From Syntrophorhabdaceae bacterium (GTDB taxonomy: Bacteria; Desulfobacterota; Syntrophorhabdia; Syntrophorhabdales; Syntrophorhabdaceae), in contig CAXXUO010000010.1 of the NCBI GenBank assembly GCA_963666485.2, forward strand, positions 32,001 through 96,000: 64,000 bases of DNA. Reading direction: 5' to 3'. Below are positions 29,758 through 38,766 of the stretch, piece by piece; within the stretch, counting starts at the first letter, position 1, and the number at the start of each line of letters is the position of its first letter. A program made the translations under genes and the position numbers. The notes below the pieces were generated by a model. The model was not told the DNA's origin, did not search any database, and saw only the letters and a list, made by a program, of their open reading frames with translations.

Positions 29758-30480
29758 TTAATGCCCTTCGTGTGATACCGCGCCCGCAAAGTAGACCATG
29801 GAGAGCAGGGTAAAGACAAAAGTCTGCACGAAGGCGACAAACAATCCAAGGAACATAAAGATGACCGGCACGAGCAGCGGCACCAGCGCGAAGAAGATCG
29901 CGGTGACGAGGTGGTCACCCGTTATGTTTCCGAAAAGACGAATACCGAGCGACATCGGCCGTGCTATATGGCTGATGAGTTCGATCGGGCACATCAGTAT
30001 GCTGAGGATCACGTTCGCATACCAGGGCATCATGTCGCTGATGAAAACGAACTGCCTGAGGTACTTGACGCCGTGTTCCCTCAATCCGTAATAATGTGTG
30101 AGGACAAAGACTGTCAGGGAACAGGCGAACGTCGTGTTGACGTTGTCCGTTGCCGGGAGGAAGCCCGGGATCAACCCTGAGAGGTTGTTGAACAGGATGA
30201 AGATGGCCAGCGTCCCGATGAGGAGCATGAACTTCGGCCCGTTCTCGCCCATATTTTCCTTGACGAAGCCGCTGATGCCTTCGACCAGGAGTTCGACGAA
30301 ATTCCTCAACGTGAATTTCTCGTCGGGAATGATATTGTCTTCCATCTTTTTTACCTGCTTGTAGCCAAGCAATACCAGGATCAAAAGTACGATCGATACG
30401 ATGATAGCATTGGATACATGCGGTGGAAGGGTCTTGAGGAAAGGAATGTATGACGCCCAGGTGAATGCTTCATGCCCCAT
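29758..30480 (-). CDS. atpB: F0F1 ATP synthase subunit a
   Basis: NLSGLIPG, RPMSLGIRLFGN and VQTFVFTLL..VY. Confidence 0.96.
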   Translation of the reverse strand: MGHEAFTWASYIPFLKTLPPHVSNAIIVSIVLLILVLLGYKQVKKMEDNIIPDEKFTLRNFVELLVEGISGFVKENMGENGPKFMLLIGTLAIFILFNNLSGLIPGFLPATDNVNTTFACSLTVFVLTHYYGLREHGVKYLRQFVFISDMMPWYANVILSILMCPIELISHIARPMSLGIRLFGNITGDHLVTAIFFALVPLLVPVIFMFLGLFVAFVQTFVFTLLSMVYFAGAVSHEGH

Positions 30481-30866
30481 TATCGTGTCTCCTTTGGTGA
30501 ACTGGAACTGAAACCCGGTAATAACTGGCTTACCAGGATGGATACAAAGACGGTTGAGAGGCCCATGAGAAAGTAAACCGGTTTGATATTCCCATAGACC
30601 ACGATCACGGTGAGTACCCCGAGCAGGAGGAGGAACTTTGCCGGAAGGCTGATAAGAAGGTCCTTCTTGCCTATCTCCTGTTTGAGGACAAGCTTCGCTA
30701 TTATGTTTTTCAGAAGCCGGAAATTAAAGATAACGATGGCGCTGGCAACGGCAAAACTGAAAAAGGCCATGATGTCGCGGACAACGACGGCGACTGCGAT
30801 GGAACCGAGTATGAAAAGCACCAGGTTGCAGCGTTCAACCTGGGTTACGGTTATCTCCCTCATCAT
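30480..30866 (-). CDS. atpI: ATP synthase protein I
   Basis: Four hydrophobic segments; directly upstream of atpB. Confidence 0.75.
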   Translation of the reverse strand: MMREITVTQVERCNLVLFILGSIAVAVVVRDIMAFFSFAVASAIVIFNFRLLKNIIAKLVLKQEIGKKDLLISLPAKFLLLLGVLTVIVVYGNIKPVYFLMGLSTVFVSILVSQLLPGFSSSSPKETR

Positions 30867-31089
30867 CTTCCTTCTTGAGCCTTGTATATGCCCGGTATAC
30901 CGCCTTGAAAGCCGCGGCCATACCGAACATCATAAAAACTAACGTTAGATAGGGAAATGTGCCCAACCACTTGTCGGCATAAAACCCCGCCGCGAGGCCG
31001 ATAATAACCGAGAAACCCATCTCGAGACCCAAGGCGCTGTAATTGAGCAATGCCTTGTAAATGTCTTTTTTACTGTCCTGGGGGGTCAT
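30835..31089 (-). CDS. atpZ: AtpZ/AtpI-family protein
   Basis: G..IIG...G..ADKWLGT.P pattern; first gene of the F0 operon. Confidence 0.8.
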   Translation of the reverse strand: MTPQDSKKDIYKALLNYSALGLEMGFSVIIGLAAGFYADKWLGTFPYLTLVFMMFGMAAAFKAVYRAYTRLKKEDDEGDNRNPG

Positions 31090-31291
31090 TACCGTCCCGT
31101 TTACGGCTCTTTTCTTCTATCACAGGGGATGCATGATAGTCAACGTTATTTTTACATTTTATAGACGGAATGTCGTGGCAGGAAGAAGCTGATTATATTG
31201 AAAAATTGATTAAATATCGGGGTTGCTGACCGGGTGCGCGGCCGGTCATTCGAAAGCCCCCGGATGACCGGATACTGTGCCGCTATCACGC

Positions 31292-31699
31292 TCATGTCTC
31301 GGAATAGATCGCGCGGGCGGTTTTTTTCCTGTGGTGCGGCCGCAGGAGACGGCGGACAACCGATTTCAGCTCCGTGAAATCACCCGATTTGACGAGATAG
31401 GCGTCGGCGGCCCAGCTTTTGAAGTCCTTGCGGAAATCTTCATACGAAGAATGCAGGATGACCGGTATGTCCTCATAACTTCGCACGATGGGCCCGAGGA
31501 CTTCCATCCCATCCATAACGGGCATGACAATGTCGAGGATGATCAGGTTCGGTTTTACGTGCCGCAGCATCAGTATGGCCTCGGCGCCATTGCCGGCATG
31601 CCTGACCTCGTATCCCTCGTCGCCGAGTTCCTCCGACATGAGTTTTACAAAAAATTCATCATCATCGATAATGAGAATTATCTTCTTATCATGGTCCAT
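31292..31699 (-). CDS. Single-domain response regulator
   Basis: ILIIDDD, ILDIVMP, WAADAYLVKS. Confidence 0.9.
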   Translation of the reverse strand: MDHDKKIILIIDDDEFFVKLMSEELGDEGYEVRHAGNGAEAILMLRHVKPNLIILDIVMPVMDGMEVLGPIVRSYEDIPVILHSSYEDFRKDFKSWAADAYLVKSGDFTELKSVVRRLLRPHHRKKTARAIYSET

Positions 31700-31755
31700 A
31701 TATAATTACCCCCCGGCCCCATCCATCCTTCGGTAGCGGCCCGCCACAGTGAAAA

Positions 31756-31770
31756 GCAAGATTTGTGCCT
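31756..31770 (-). promoter_or_regulatory. sigma54 (-24/-12) promoter of the response regulator
   Basis: AGGCACAAATCTTGC on the minus strand (GG-N10-GC). Confidence 0.65.
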
Positions 31771-31951
31771 CACCGGTGCGGCCCGGCCAATCCCGGCAAT
31801 ATTTAACCGGATGTCTTTTTTTCGCGGAAAAAATTATTCTTTTTCCAGAAGGGTAAAATGGGATTAATTGCCCCTTCCGTGTAGCATTTAGCCCCGGAAT
31901 CGAGCCGGTTGCGCACGCCCGGGCTGGTTATTGTGCTATAATTTATTCCTG

Positions 31952-33721
31952 ATGACAAAACGGAAAAAAGATCTCTCTACAGCGAAAAGCACCCCGGGCA
32001 GGCTCCTGACCGGCCGTCCGGCGGCAAAGAAGGCGCCCGCGGACGTGCCCGCGCAGAAACGCGGAGAACAGATCATACATGAAGAGCATTCTTTCCGGGA
32101 TGCGATCGGCCGCTCTCTCAGCATCGGCATAGGGGCCATTGACGACCAGGGGAGGCAGATCTATGTGAACCCGGCTTTTTGCAGGATCGTCGGGTGGAGC
32201 AGCGAGGAATTGCTGGGAAAACAGTTCCCCTATGTTTACTGGCCGGAGGATGAGGTACGCAAGGCTGCCCGGTTATTCGTCAGGATCCGCAGGAACGAGA
32301 AAACATCGGGATCGTTTGAGTTGAATCTCAGACGGCGGGATGGAACACGCTTCGACGCGCTGATAATGTACTCGGCCTTCTACGATGACTCAGGCCGCCG
32401 CATCGGCTGGATAGGGTCGGTGGGTGATATATCCGGCCTGAAACGGAAAGAAGCCGAGCTCCAGAGGTTGAACAGGGACCTTGACACGATGGTGCGCAAG
32501 CGCACCGAAAGCTTGCGGATGCAAAACCAGAACCTGAAGGACATTCTGATGGGCTTGAATAAGGCCCAGGAAGAGCTCCGGGTGTCGGAAACGAGGGTGC
32601 TCCTGGAAAAGCAGCGGCTGGAGGCCATACTGAATGTCGTGCCCGCCGGGGTGATCGTTATTGAGGGCAGGGAAGGGCAGGTCGCATTTATCAACCGGCT
32701 TGCACAGGACCTTTTTGGTTTCAAGGACCCTTCGGGCCTCAACGTGATCGACGATCTCACGAACGTGGAGGTGCTCAAGCCGGATGGGTTGCCGTACCCG
32801 GCCGAGGAACTGCCGCTCAACCGTTCGCTCTTGAACGGCGAGACCGTGCGCGGTGAAGAGATAGCGATCGTGAGGCCCGACGGTCAGACCGTGCCGGTCG
32901 TCGCAAACACGACCCCTTTTATCATCGGCGGGGAGATCGTGGGTGCTGTGGGGAGCTTTGTCGATATTACCAAGATCAAAAGGTCCGAAGAGTCGATACG
33001 GACCTTGAACGCCGAATTGGCGAAAAATCTCTTGCTGGTCGAAGATACCAACAAAGAACTCGAGGCGTTCGTGCATTCGGTCACGCATGATATCAGGTCT
33101 CCCCTCGTGGTTATCAACGGGTTCAGCCGCAGGCTCCTCGAGCTCCCCGATGACGGGTTTGCGGAAAAAAGCCACGACTACATAGAGTATATACACGAGA
33201 CGAGCCAGAATGCCCTGTTCCTCGTCCGGGACCTCCTGAGGCTTTTCAAGATAGCCCGGGGAGAGATAAACAAGACGACGGTGGACATCGGGCAGATGGC
33301 ATTTTCGCTGCAGCAGTATTTTCGCGGCCTTTACCCGGGACGGACCGTGCGGATGGTGGCGGAGGATAATGTGCTGGTGCCGGGCGATTACAGCCTCCTC
33401 AAGATAGTAATGGAGAACCTTATCGGGAACTCGTACAAATTTACCGCGAAAAATGAGGGTGAGGCCGTCATTGAGGTCGGTTCACAAAAGGAGGATGACA
33501 GCCTGATAGTCTACGTCCGGGACAACGGGTGCGGTTTTGATATGAGAAGGGCCGGGCGGCTTTTTCAGCCTTTCGCCCGTTTCCACGAGGAAGATGAGTA
33601 TAAAGGGACCGGTATCGGTCTTGCCACGGTAAAGAGGATCGTCCATCGCCACGGGGGGCGCATCTGGGGGGAGAGCCAGCCCGGGATGGGGGCAACCTTC
33701 TATTTTACATTGCCGGATTGA
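31952..33721 (+). CDS. PAS-domain sensor histidine kinase
   Basis: Two PAS/PAC domains; SVTHDIRSPL, NLIGNS.KF, DNGCGF and GTGIGL; ATG 31952 preferred over TTG 31931. Confidence 0.92.
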   Translation: MTKRKKDLSTAKSTPGRLLTGRPAAKKAPADVPAQKRGEQIIHEEHSFRDAIGRSLSIGIGAIDDQGRQIYVNPAFCRIVGWSSEELLGKQFPYVYWPEDEVRKAARLFVRIRRNEKTSGSFELNLRRRDGTRFDALIMYSAFYDDSGRRIGWIGSVGDISGLKRKEAELQRLNRDLDTMVRKRTESLRMQNQNLKDILMGLNKAQEELRVSETRVLLEKQRLEAILNVVPAGVIVIEGREGQVAFINRLAQDLFGFKDPSGLNVIDDLTNVEVLKPDGLPYPAEELPLNRSLLNGETVRGEEIAIVRPDGQTVPVVANTTPFIIGGEIVGAVGSFVDITKIKRSEESIRTLNAELAKNLLLVEDTNKELEAFVHSVTHDIRSPLVVINGFSRRLLELPDDGFAEKSHDYIEYIHETSQNALFLVRDLLRLFKIARGEINKTTVDIGQMAFSLQQYFRGLYPGRTVRMVAEDNVLVPGDYSLLKIVMENLIGNSYKFTAKNEGEAVIEVGSQKEDDSLIVYVRDNGCGFDMRRAGRLFQPFARFHEEDEYKGTGIGLATVKRIVHRHGGRIWGESQPGMGATFYFTLPD

Positions 33722-33724
33722 TCC

Positions 33725-34048
33725 CTACTTCTTCATGATCTTCTTCGCGTAAAGGTCGTTATTCTCATATTCATACGTCATGGTGACCTTGTCGCCGGGT
33801 TTAATCTGTGTCAGATCACCTTTTGTACCCTTGATCCTGATATCGGTAGAATCATTGACTATTGCCCCTGCCACCATCGCCTGCGGGCCTGTCCCGGAGA
33901 CAACGGCGATGCCTTTCCCTGAATCGTCCACACCGATCACATTACCCGTCACCGTTCGTTTTGCTCCGCTTTCGATCGAGAGCCCGGCGGCAACGAATAC
34001 AAGCAGCAGCATCATGGCAAGCGCCGCGCTCCATAAGGTTTTTTTCAT
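33725..34048 (-). CDS. Exported hypothetical protein (small OB-like beta domain)
   Basis: Signal peptide; IKPGDKVT motif; SD GGAGG. Confidence 0.75.
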   Translation of the reverse strand: MKKTLWSAALAMMLLLVFVAAGLSIESGAKRTVTGNVIGVDDSGKGIAVVSGTGPQAMVAGAIVNDSTDIRIKGTKGDLTQIKPGDKVTMTYEYENNDLYAKKIMKK

Positions 34049-34260
34049 AACGACCCTCCTTTTTCGGTTACCGGGACTTCTTTCTCAATCCCGGCATATT
34101 CGTAAAATGACCTCAGACGGTCAATTGTCGTGACGAAGCGTATTGCCAGGTCCTTCTCTTCCAGAACCACCATCCTCTCCCCGACAAGTTCGATAACGAA
34201 TTCTCTTCCGTTAAACTTGCTCCGTATCTTCTCCCCGCTTTTTGGTGAATAGATCACCAC
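34045..34260 (-). CDS. Hypothetical protein
   Basis: SD GGAGGAG, upstream sigma54 promoter, 4-nt overlap with the next gene. Confidence 0.6.
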   Translation of the reverse strand: MVIYSPKSGEKIRSKFNGREFVIELVGERMVVLEEKDLAIRFVTTIDRLRSFYEYAGIEKEVPVTEKGGSL

Positions 34261-34302
34261 GACTCCTCCGTCGCTCTCTTGATCGTCGATCCGGACAAGA
34301 AA

Positions 34303-34317
34303 GCAAAATATGTACCA
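34303..34317 (-). promoter_or_regulatory. sigma54 promoter
   Basis: TGGTACATATTTTGC on the minus strand. Confidence 0.65.
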
Positions 34318-34381
34318 GAATGATTTTCAGAATGAAAAGAAAGAAATGTATATTTTTCGATCTTCGCAGACCCGCGAAAAA

Positions 34382-34418
34382 TGGGACTTTTTGCCCCTGG
34401 CGATGTCTTTTTGCCCCA
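34382..34418. promoter_or_regulatory. Paired enhancer-like palindromic sites
   Basis: TGGGACTTTTTGCCCCT and GATGTCTTTTTGCCCCA, starts 20 bp apart. Confidence 0.5.
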
Positions 34419-34516
34419 CCGGATTCCTTTACGGCAAAATCTTTATCCTGTACAATACAAGTGGGGTAGCTATTTACAAATTCGCAATATATTCCTATTA
34501 ATAGATTGGATGGTGT

Positions 34517-35869
34517 ATGAAGGACCGGTCACGAAAAATCCTTGTAATAGACGATGAGGTTCGCTGGTGCGAACTATTGAAGGATACCCTTGCCGGCGAG
34601 GGGTTTGACGTGACCGTTGCCAGCGACAGTACCCTTGCTTCCCAGCTTATCAAACAGGTCGATTTCGACGTGATCCTGACCGACCTCAGAATGGCGGGGA
34701 AAGATGGTCTCGAACTTCTCGAGGAGACGAAGAAGGTCACGCCGACAACACCCGTCATCCTGATCACAGCTTTCGGGTCCATCGATTCCGCCGTTCAGGC
34801 CATGAAGCTCGGCGCATACGACTTCATAGCCAAGAGCGGTGATATGAGCGAACTCATTCTGGCCGTCGAAAAGGCGCTGGAAACGAAGTCCCTGAGGAAG
34901 GAGGTCCTGGGCCTCAGGAGAAAACTCGAATCCCGGTACAGTTTTCACAAGATGATCGGGAAGAGCCCCCTCATGCAGCGGATCTATCAGCTCATCGAAA
35001 TGGTGTGCGACACGTCGTCGAATGTCCTCATAACGGGAGAGAGCGGGACCGGAAAAGAGCTCGTGGCGAAGGCGATCCATTATAACGGTGTGAGAAAGAA
35101 TGGTCCCTTTATCGCGGTCAATTGCGCGGCGATACCGGAAAATCTGCTCGAAAGCGAATTGTTCGGCTACCGGAAAGGGGCGTTCACAGATGCCAAGACC
35201 GACAAGGAAGGCCTTGTCGTCGGGGCCTCGGGAGGAACGTTGTTCCTCGATGAGGTAACAGAAATGCCGCCTTCCCTTCAAGCCAAGATCCTGCGGGTGA
35301 TCGAGGCAAGGGAGGTCCGCCCCCTGGGAGGGACGACGACGTATCCAACGGACATCCGCATCATTTCCACGTCGAACAGGGACATCCAGTCCCGGATCGA
35401 CGAAGGCCTTTTCCGAAGCGACCTCTATTACCGGCTGAGGGTCATAGATATCGACCTGCCGACTTTAAGAGAGAGGCGGGAGGATATTCCGCTGCTCGTG
35501 AGACATTTTCTTGCCAGGTTCAACAAAGACCTCAAGAAAAAAGTAGCGCAGGTCTCTAACGAAGCGATGAAGATATTTATGGACTATTCCTGGCCCGGCA
35601 ATGTAAGGGAACTCGAAAATGTCGTCCAGCGTGCGGTCACCCTGTGCCGGAGCGAAACGGTAGTTCCCGATGACCTTCCCGCCGTTATGACCCGGACCGG
35701 CGATGAATCCTATATTGACCGGTTACCGGGCAGGGGTCTTACCCTCGAAGATCTCGAAAGGGAATATGTCCGGCACGTGCTCGCCGAGGTCAGGGGCAAC
35801 CGGTCCCGTGCAGCCGAGATCCTGGGTATCGACCGGAAAACGCTCTATCGCAAACTGAAGAACGAATAA
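34517..35869 (+). CDS. sigma54-dependent NtrC/AtoC-family response regulator
   Basis: REC domain; GESGTGKE, ESELFG, GAFTDA, LFLDE, DLYYRL and WPGNVREL; Fis-type HTH. Confidence 0.96.
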   Translation: MKDRSRKILVIDDEVRWCELLKDTLAGEGFDVTVASDSTLASQLIKQVDFDVILTDLRMAGKDGLELLEETKKVTPTTPVILITAFGSIDSAVQAMKLGAYDFIAKSGDMSELILAVEKALETKSLRKEVLGLRRKLESRYSFHKMIGKSPLMQRIYQLIEMVCDTSSNVLITGESGTGKELVAKAIHYNGVRKNGPFIAVNCAAIPENLLESELFGYRKGAFTDAKTDKEGLVVGASGGTLFLDEVTEMPPSLQAKILRVIEAREVRPLGGTTTYPTDIRIISTSNRDIQSRIDEGLFRSDLYYRLRVIDIDLPTLRERREDIPLLVRHFLARFNKDLKKKVAQVSNEAMKIFMDYSWPGNVRELENVVQRAVTLCRSETVVPDDLPAVMTRTGDESYIDRLPGRGLTLEDLEREYVRHVLAEVRGNRSRAAEILGIDRKTLYRKLKNE

Positions 35870-35883
35870 TTCAATAGAAAAAA

Positions 35884-35921
35884 TGGGGCAAAATGCCACG
35901 ATATTGGGGATTTTTGCCCCT
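35884..35921. promoter_or_regulatory. Paired enhancer-like palindromic sites
   Basis: TGGGGCAAAATGCCACG and TGGGGATTTTTGCCCCT, starts 21 bp apart. Confidence 0.55.
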
Positions 35922-36009
35922 GCTATACCCCGGGCTTGAAAAGATCTGATCCGGCCCTCCCTGCGTCAATTCCTTGTCCTCCCTGCATCATTCACCTGTT
36001 CGCCGTTTG

Positions 36010-36025
36010 TGGCGTATTATTTGCA
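36010..36025 (+). promoter_or_regulatory. sigma54 promoter
   Basis: TGGCGTATTATTTGCA. Confidence 0.65.
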
Positions 36026-36116
36026 ATTTGGGTGCGCACTGCTTCAAAAAGATCATGTGCTTCTCGCGGGGTGACCGCGTGAAACATGCCAGACGAACGG
36101 AGAATAAGGAGGAAAT

Positions 36117-36365
36117 ATGGCAAGAAAAATCACGTTGACGCGCAGAAAACCACCCAAGAGCAAATTCGACGCCCAGGAAACGCACGACTGTCCCCGGTGC
36201 AGCGCCGCGCTCGTCCACGAAAGATTTTACGGCATGTGCGCACATATATGGGTCTGGCGATGTATTAAATGCGGCGAGATCGTAGACGATGTCGTACTCT
36301 ATAACCGCCGGATGCTGAGAAAGGCCGCGCGGGTCAAAGTCGACGTACTGACGTTGATAAAATAA
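36117..36365 (+). CDS. Small zinc-ribbon hypothetical protein
   Basis: CPRC...WRCIKCG; SD AAGGAGG. Confidence 0.7.
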   Translation: MARKITLTRRKPPKSKFDAQETHDCPRCSAALVHERFYGMCAHIWVWRCIKCGEIVDDVVLYNRRMLRKAARVKVDVLTLIK

Positions 36366-36372
36366 AAACACG

Positions 36373-36481
36373 CTATAGGCGATGGGCAATGGGGGATAGG
36401 TGGGGAAGGTCCCACCGTTCCACCGTCCCACGTTAACTAAAATTATGGGCCCATCGCCTATAGCCCACTGCCCATCGCCCG
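36373..36481. repeat. Composite inverted heptamer element F
   Basis: C-family arms (GATGGGC/AATGGGG/GATAGGT at 36373-36401; GCCCATC/GCCTATA/GCCCACT at 36449-36481) enclosing D-family units TCCCACCG-TTCCACCG-TCCCACG. Confidence 0.75.
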
Positions 36482-36769
36482 TTATTTCTCCCCTATCAAC
36501 TCCATCACCTCTTCCTCTCCGTGCTCGAGCTCTCTTGCGTGCTCGGTGTCGGCACCGAGGAGAAGCGCCTGAAATTCCCCTACATGGGTCTTTTCCTCTT
36601 TCGCGATGTCGAGAAGCACCTTCCTGAGGTTCTCGTTTGTCGTCAGCGCGGCCATCTGGTTATAGAGGTTGATCGCGTCGTATTCGGCGATAATGGCGGC
36701 GCGAAGGATCTCCCTGTCCAGTTCGTTGCTTTCGAGTTTTTCGATAGTGGCGGGAATCAATGACATCAT
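36482..36769 (-). CDS. Short ferritin-like/rubrerythrin half-domain protein
   Basis: AEYDAINLY and IAKEEKTHVGEF di-iron motifs; SD AGGAGGA; 95 aa. Confidence 0.85.
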   Translation of the reverse strand: MMSLIPATIEKLESNELDREILRAAIIAEYDAINLYNQMAALTTNENLRKVLLDIAKEEKTHVGEFQALLLGADTEHARELEHGEEEVMELIGEK

Positions 36770-36919
36770 AATGGATCTCCTCCTGGTTGTTATATCGTGT
36801 CGTGCTGCGCCAAAGACATTATCAAGAAATATGCCATAAAGATTTTTCCCTGTATTTACGTCAAAATCGGATTTCAGCGGACACGTGTACGAGTCTGGCC
36901 GGTCCATTCACGGCCGATC

Positions 36920-36957
36920 TGGGACGAAAAGGGCTACACCCGGGGCACATTGCCCCA
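36920..36957. promoter_or_regulatory. Enhancer-like palindromic sites between divergent genes
   Basis: CGGGGCACATTGCCCCA (36941-36957) with a weak partner TGGGACGAAAAGGGCTA starting 21 bp upstream. Confidence 0.5.
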
Positions 36958-37032
36958 TGGCGGACTGCACACTCCCCGGAAAGAGTTATCTAAGGCCGCG
37001 TAATGAAAATGCAATCATATCAGCACGCGAGG

Positions 37033-37048
37033 TGGCATCATTGTTGCT
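37033..37048 (+). promoter_or_regulatory. sigma54 promoter
   Basis: TGGCATCATTGTTGCT. Confidence 0.7.
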
Positions 37049-37063
37049 TTGCTCCTTAAAGCG

Positions 37064-38149
37064 ATGGAGATCACCGAAAACGAGGTCAGCCGGTACCTGT
37101 CCGGGCGCTTTTCGCAGGAGGTCAGGGTTGTCAAGATGGCCGATCTGTCGGCAAAGGCCGGGCCTGGCACGGACATGAAAAAGTTCGGTTATGGCCGGCC
37201 GTTCCTCGTTCTTTGCGATGTCGGGGACAAAAGGGAAAAATTTGTTTTTCACAGGATCCGCCCGAATGCATTCGGGCGGGAACGCGAAGATGACAGGGCC
37301 GCCGCCGTCTGGCTTGATTATCAATCATTCAATAACCTGCCCGGGCACGTTCCGGCCGTCGACATGGTCGCATTCCGCAACGGCGGTGAGTTGAGCTCTC
37401 TTAAGGATGTCCGCGAGCTTGTCCTCGTGACCGCATTCAAACACGGAATACCCTATGCCCACGATCTCGCGAGGATTCGCGATGAAGGGGACTTAAGCCC
37501 CCTTGACCGCAGGCGGGTCGAAAAGCTGGCTTCGTATCTTTCGCAGATACACCAGCTGCGGCTCGACGAGCCGATGTTGTGGGTACGCCGCTTGAGGGAC
37601 CTCATAGGCCATGGCGAAGGGGTCATGGGGCTCACCGACAGCTATGGGAACGACGGTACAGGTCCGGGCGGCAGGGATCTCCGCTCGATAGAAGAAGCGG
37701 TAAATGCCTGGCGTTGGCGGCTCAAGGATGTACCGGGCAGGCTCTGCCAGGTCCACGGGGATTTTCATCCGTTCAATATCGTTTTCGAAAAAGAGGACAT
37801 GTTCTGGGTGTTGGACCGCAGCAGGGGTCCCTGGGGCGAAGCGGCGGACGATGTCAGCTGCATGGCTGTCAATTTCCTTTTTTTCTCGTTGCAGCGTTAC
37901 GGGCGGCTCGACGGGCCGTTCAAGGAAATGCACGATCTCTTCTGGAGAAAGTACTTCATGCTGAGGCCGGATGACGGACTTCCGTATGTCGTGCAGCCAT
38001 GGTTCGCCTGGCGCTGCCTCGTACTGGCGAGCCCCGTGTGGTACCCGGATATTCCGGACGATGTCAGAGACACGCTTTTTCGGTTCATTCGCAAGGTGCT
38101 GAAGTTAAAACGCTTCGACTATCGCAAAGTGAACGAGTACATTGCATAG
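37064..38149 (+). CDS. Aminoglycoside-phosphotransferase (APH/choline kinase)-like protein
   Basis: Brenner motif VHGDFHPFNI, LDRSRG.WGE.ADD and GYG.P. Confidence 0.85.
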   Translation: MEITENEVSRYLSGRFSQEVRVVKMADLSAKAGPGTDMKKFGYGRPFLVLCDVGDKREKFVFHRIRPNAFGREREDDRAAAVWLDYQSFNNLPGHVPAVDMVAFRNGGELSSLKDVRELVLVTAFKHGIPYAHDLARIRDEGDLSPLDRRRVEKLASYLSQIHQLRLDEPMLWVRRLRDLIGHGEGVMGLTDSYGNDGTGPGGRDLRSIEEAVNAWRWRLKDVPGRLCQVHGDFHPFNIVFEKEDMFWVLDRSRGPWGEAADDVSCMAVNFLFFSLQRYGRLDGPFKEMHDLFWRKYFMLRPDDGLPYVVQPWFAWRCLVLASPVWYPDIPDDVRDTLFRFIRKVLKLKRFDYRKVNEYIA

Positions 38150-38157
38150 GAGGGGGG

Positions 38158-38757
38158 ATGGTAGCAAGTCCGGCGGCAAGATCAGGTTTTGCAGTATGGT
38201 TTACGGGGTTGCCTGCTTCGGGGAAAACCTCAATAGCACAAAAAATGTGCCAGATCCTGGTGGAGCAGGGGATAACCATCGTGCATTTTGATTCCGATGA
38301 GCTTCGCAAGGTGCTCACTCCGAATCCCCGCTATACGGATGAAGAACGGGATTGGTTTTACAGCGTATTGATATACCTGGCGGAGCACCTGACAGAGAGC
38401 GGCGTCAACGTGGCGATCTCGGCGACTGCTCCCCGGCGGTATTACCGCGCTACGGCACGCCTGCACATAGAGAAATTCGCCGAGGTCTACATCGATTGCC
38501 CGGAAGCGCTTTGCAGGGCCCGCGACCCGAAAGGCCTGTGGAAACGGGCCGACACCGGCGAGATTAAGGCGCTTCCCGGTTCGGGCGTTCCGTACGAGAA
38601 ACCATCGTTGCCTGAAATTCGCGTCGAAACTGCACACACGACCGTTTCCAGCGGGGCGTGCCGTGTTCTCAAGGGGCTCGAGGGGCTCGGTTTCCTGGAT
38701 AAAGGCCTGGGTAAGGGAAAGGCCCGGTCGTCGGACGGGAAGGTTATCTTCCTCTGA
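38158..38757 (+). CDS. Adenylyl-sulfate kinase-like protein
   Basis: VWFTGLPASGKTS, RDPKGL and PYE.P; SD GGAGG before ATG 38158. Confidence 0.85.
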   Translation: MVASPAARSGFAVWFTGLPASGKTSIAQKMCQILVEQGITIVHFDSDELRKVLTPNPRYTDEERDWFYSVLIYLAEHLTESGVNVAISATAPRRYYRATARLHIEKFAEVYIDCPEALCRARDPKGLWKRADTGEIKALPGSGVPYEKPSLPEIRVETAHTTVSSGACRVLKGLEGLGFLDKGLGKGKARSSDGKVIFL

Positions 38758-38766
38758 GGAATTAAT

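Noticed and set aside
37064..38149. Aminoglycoside resistance gene
   Set aside because: It shares only the APH-fold motif; its length and context do not match resistance APHs.
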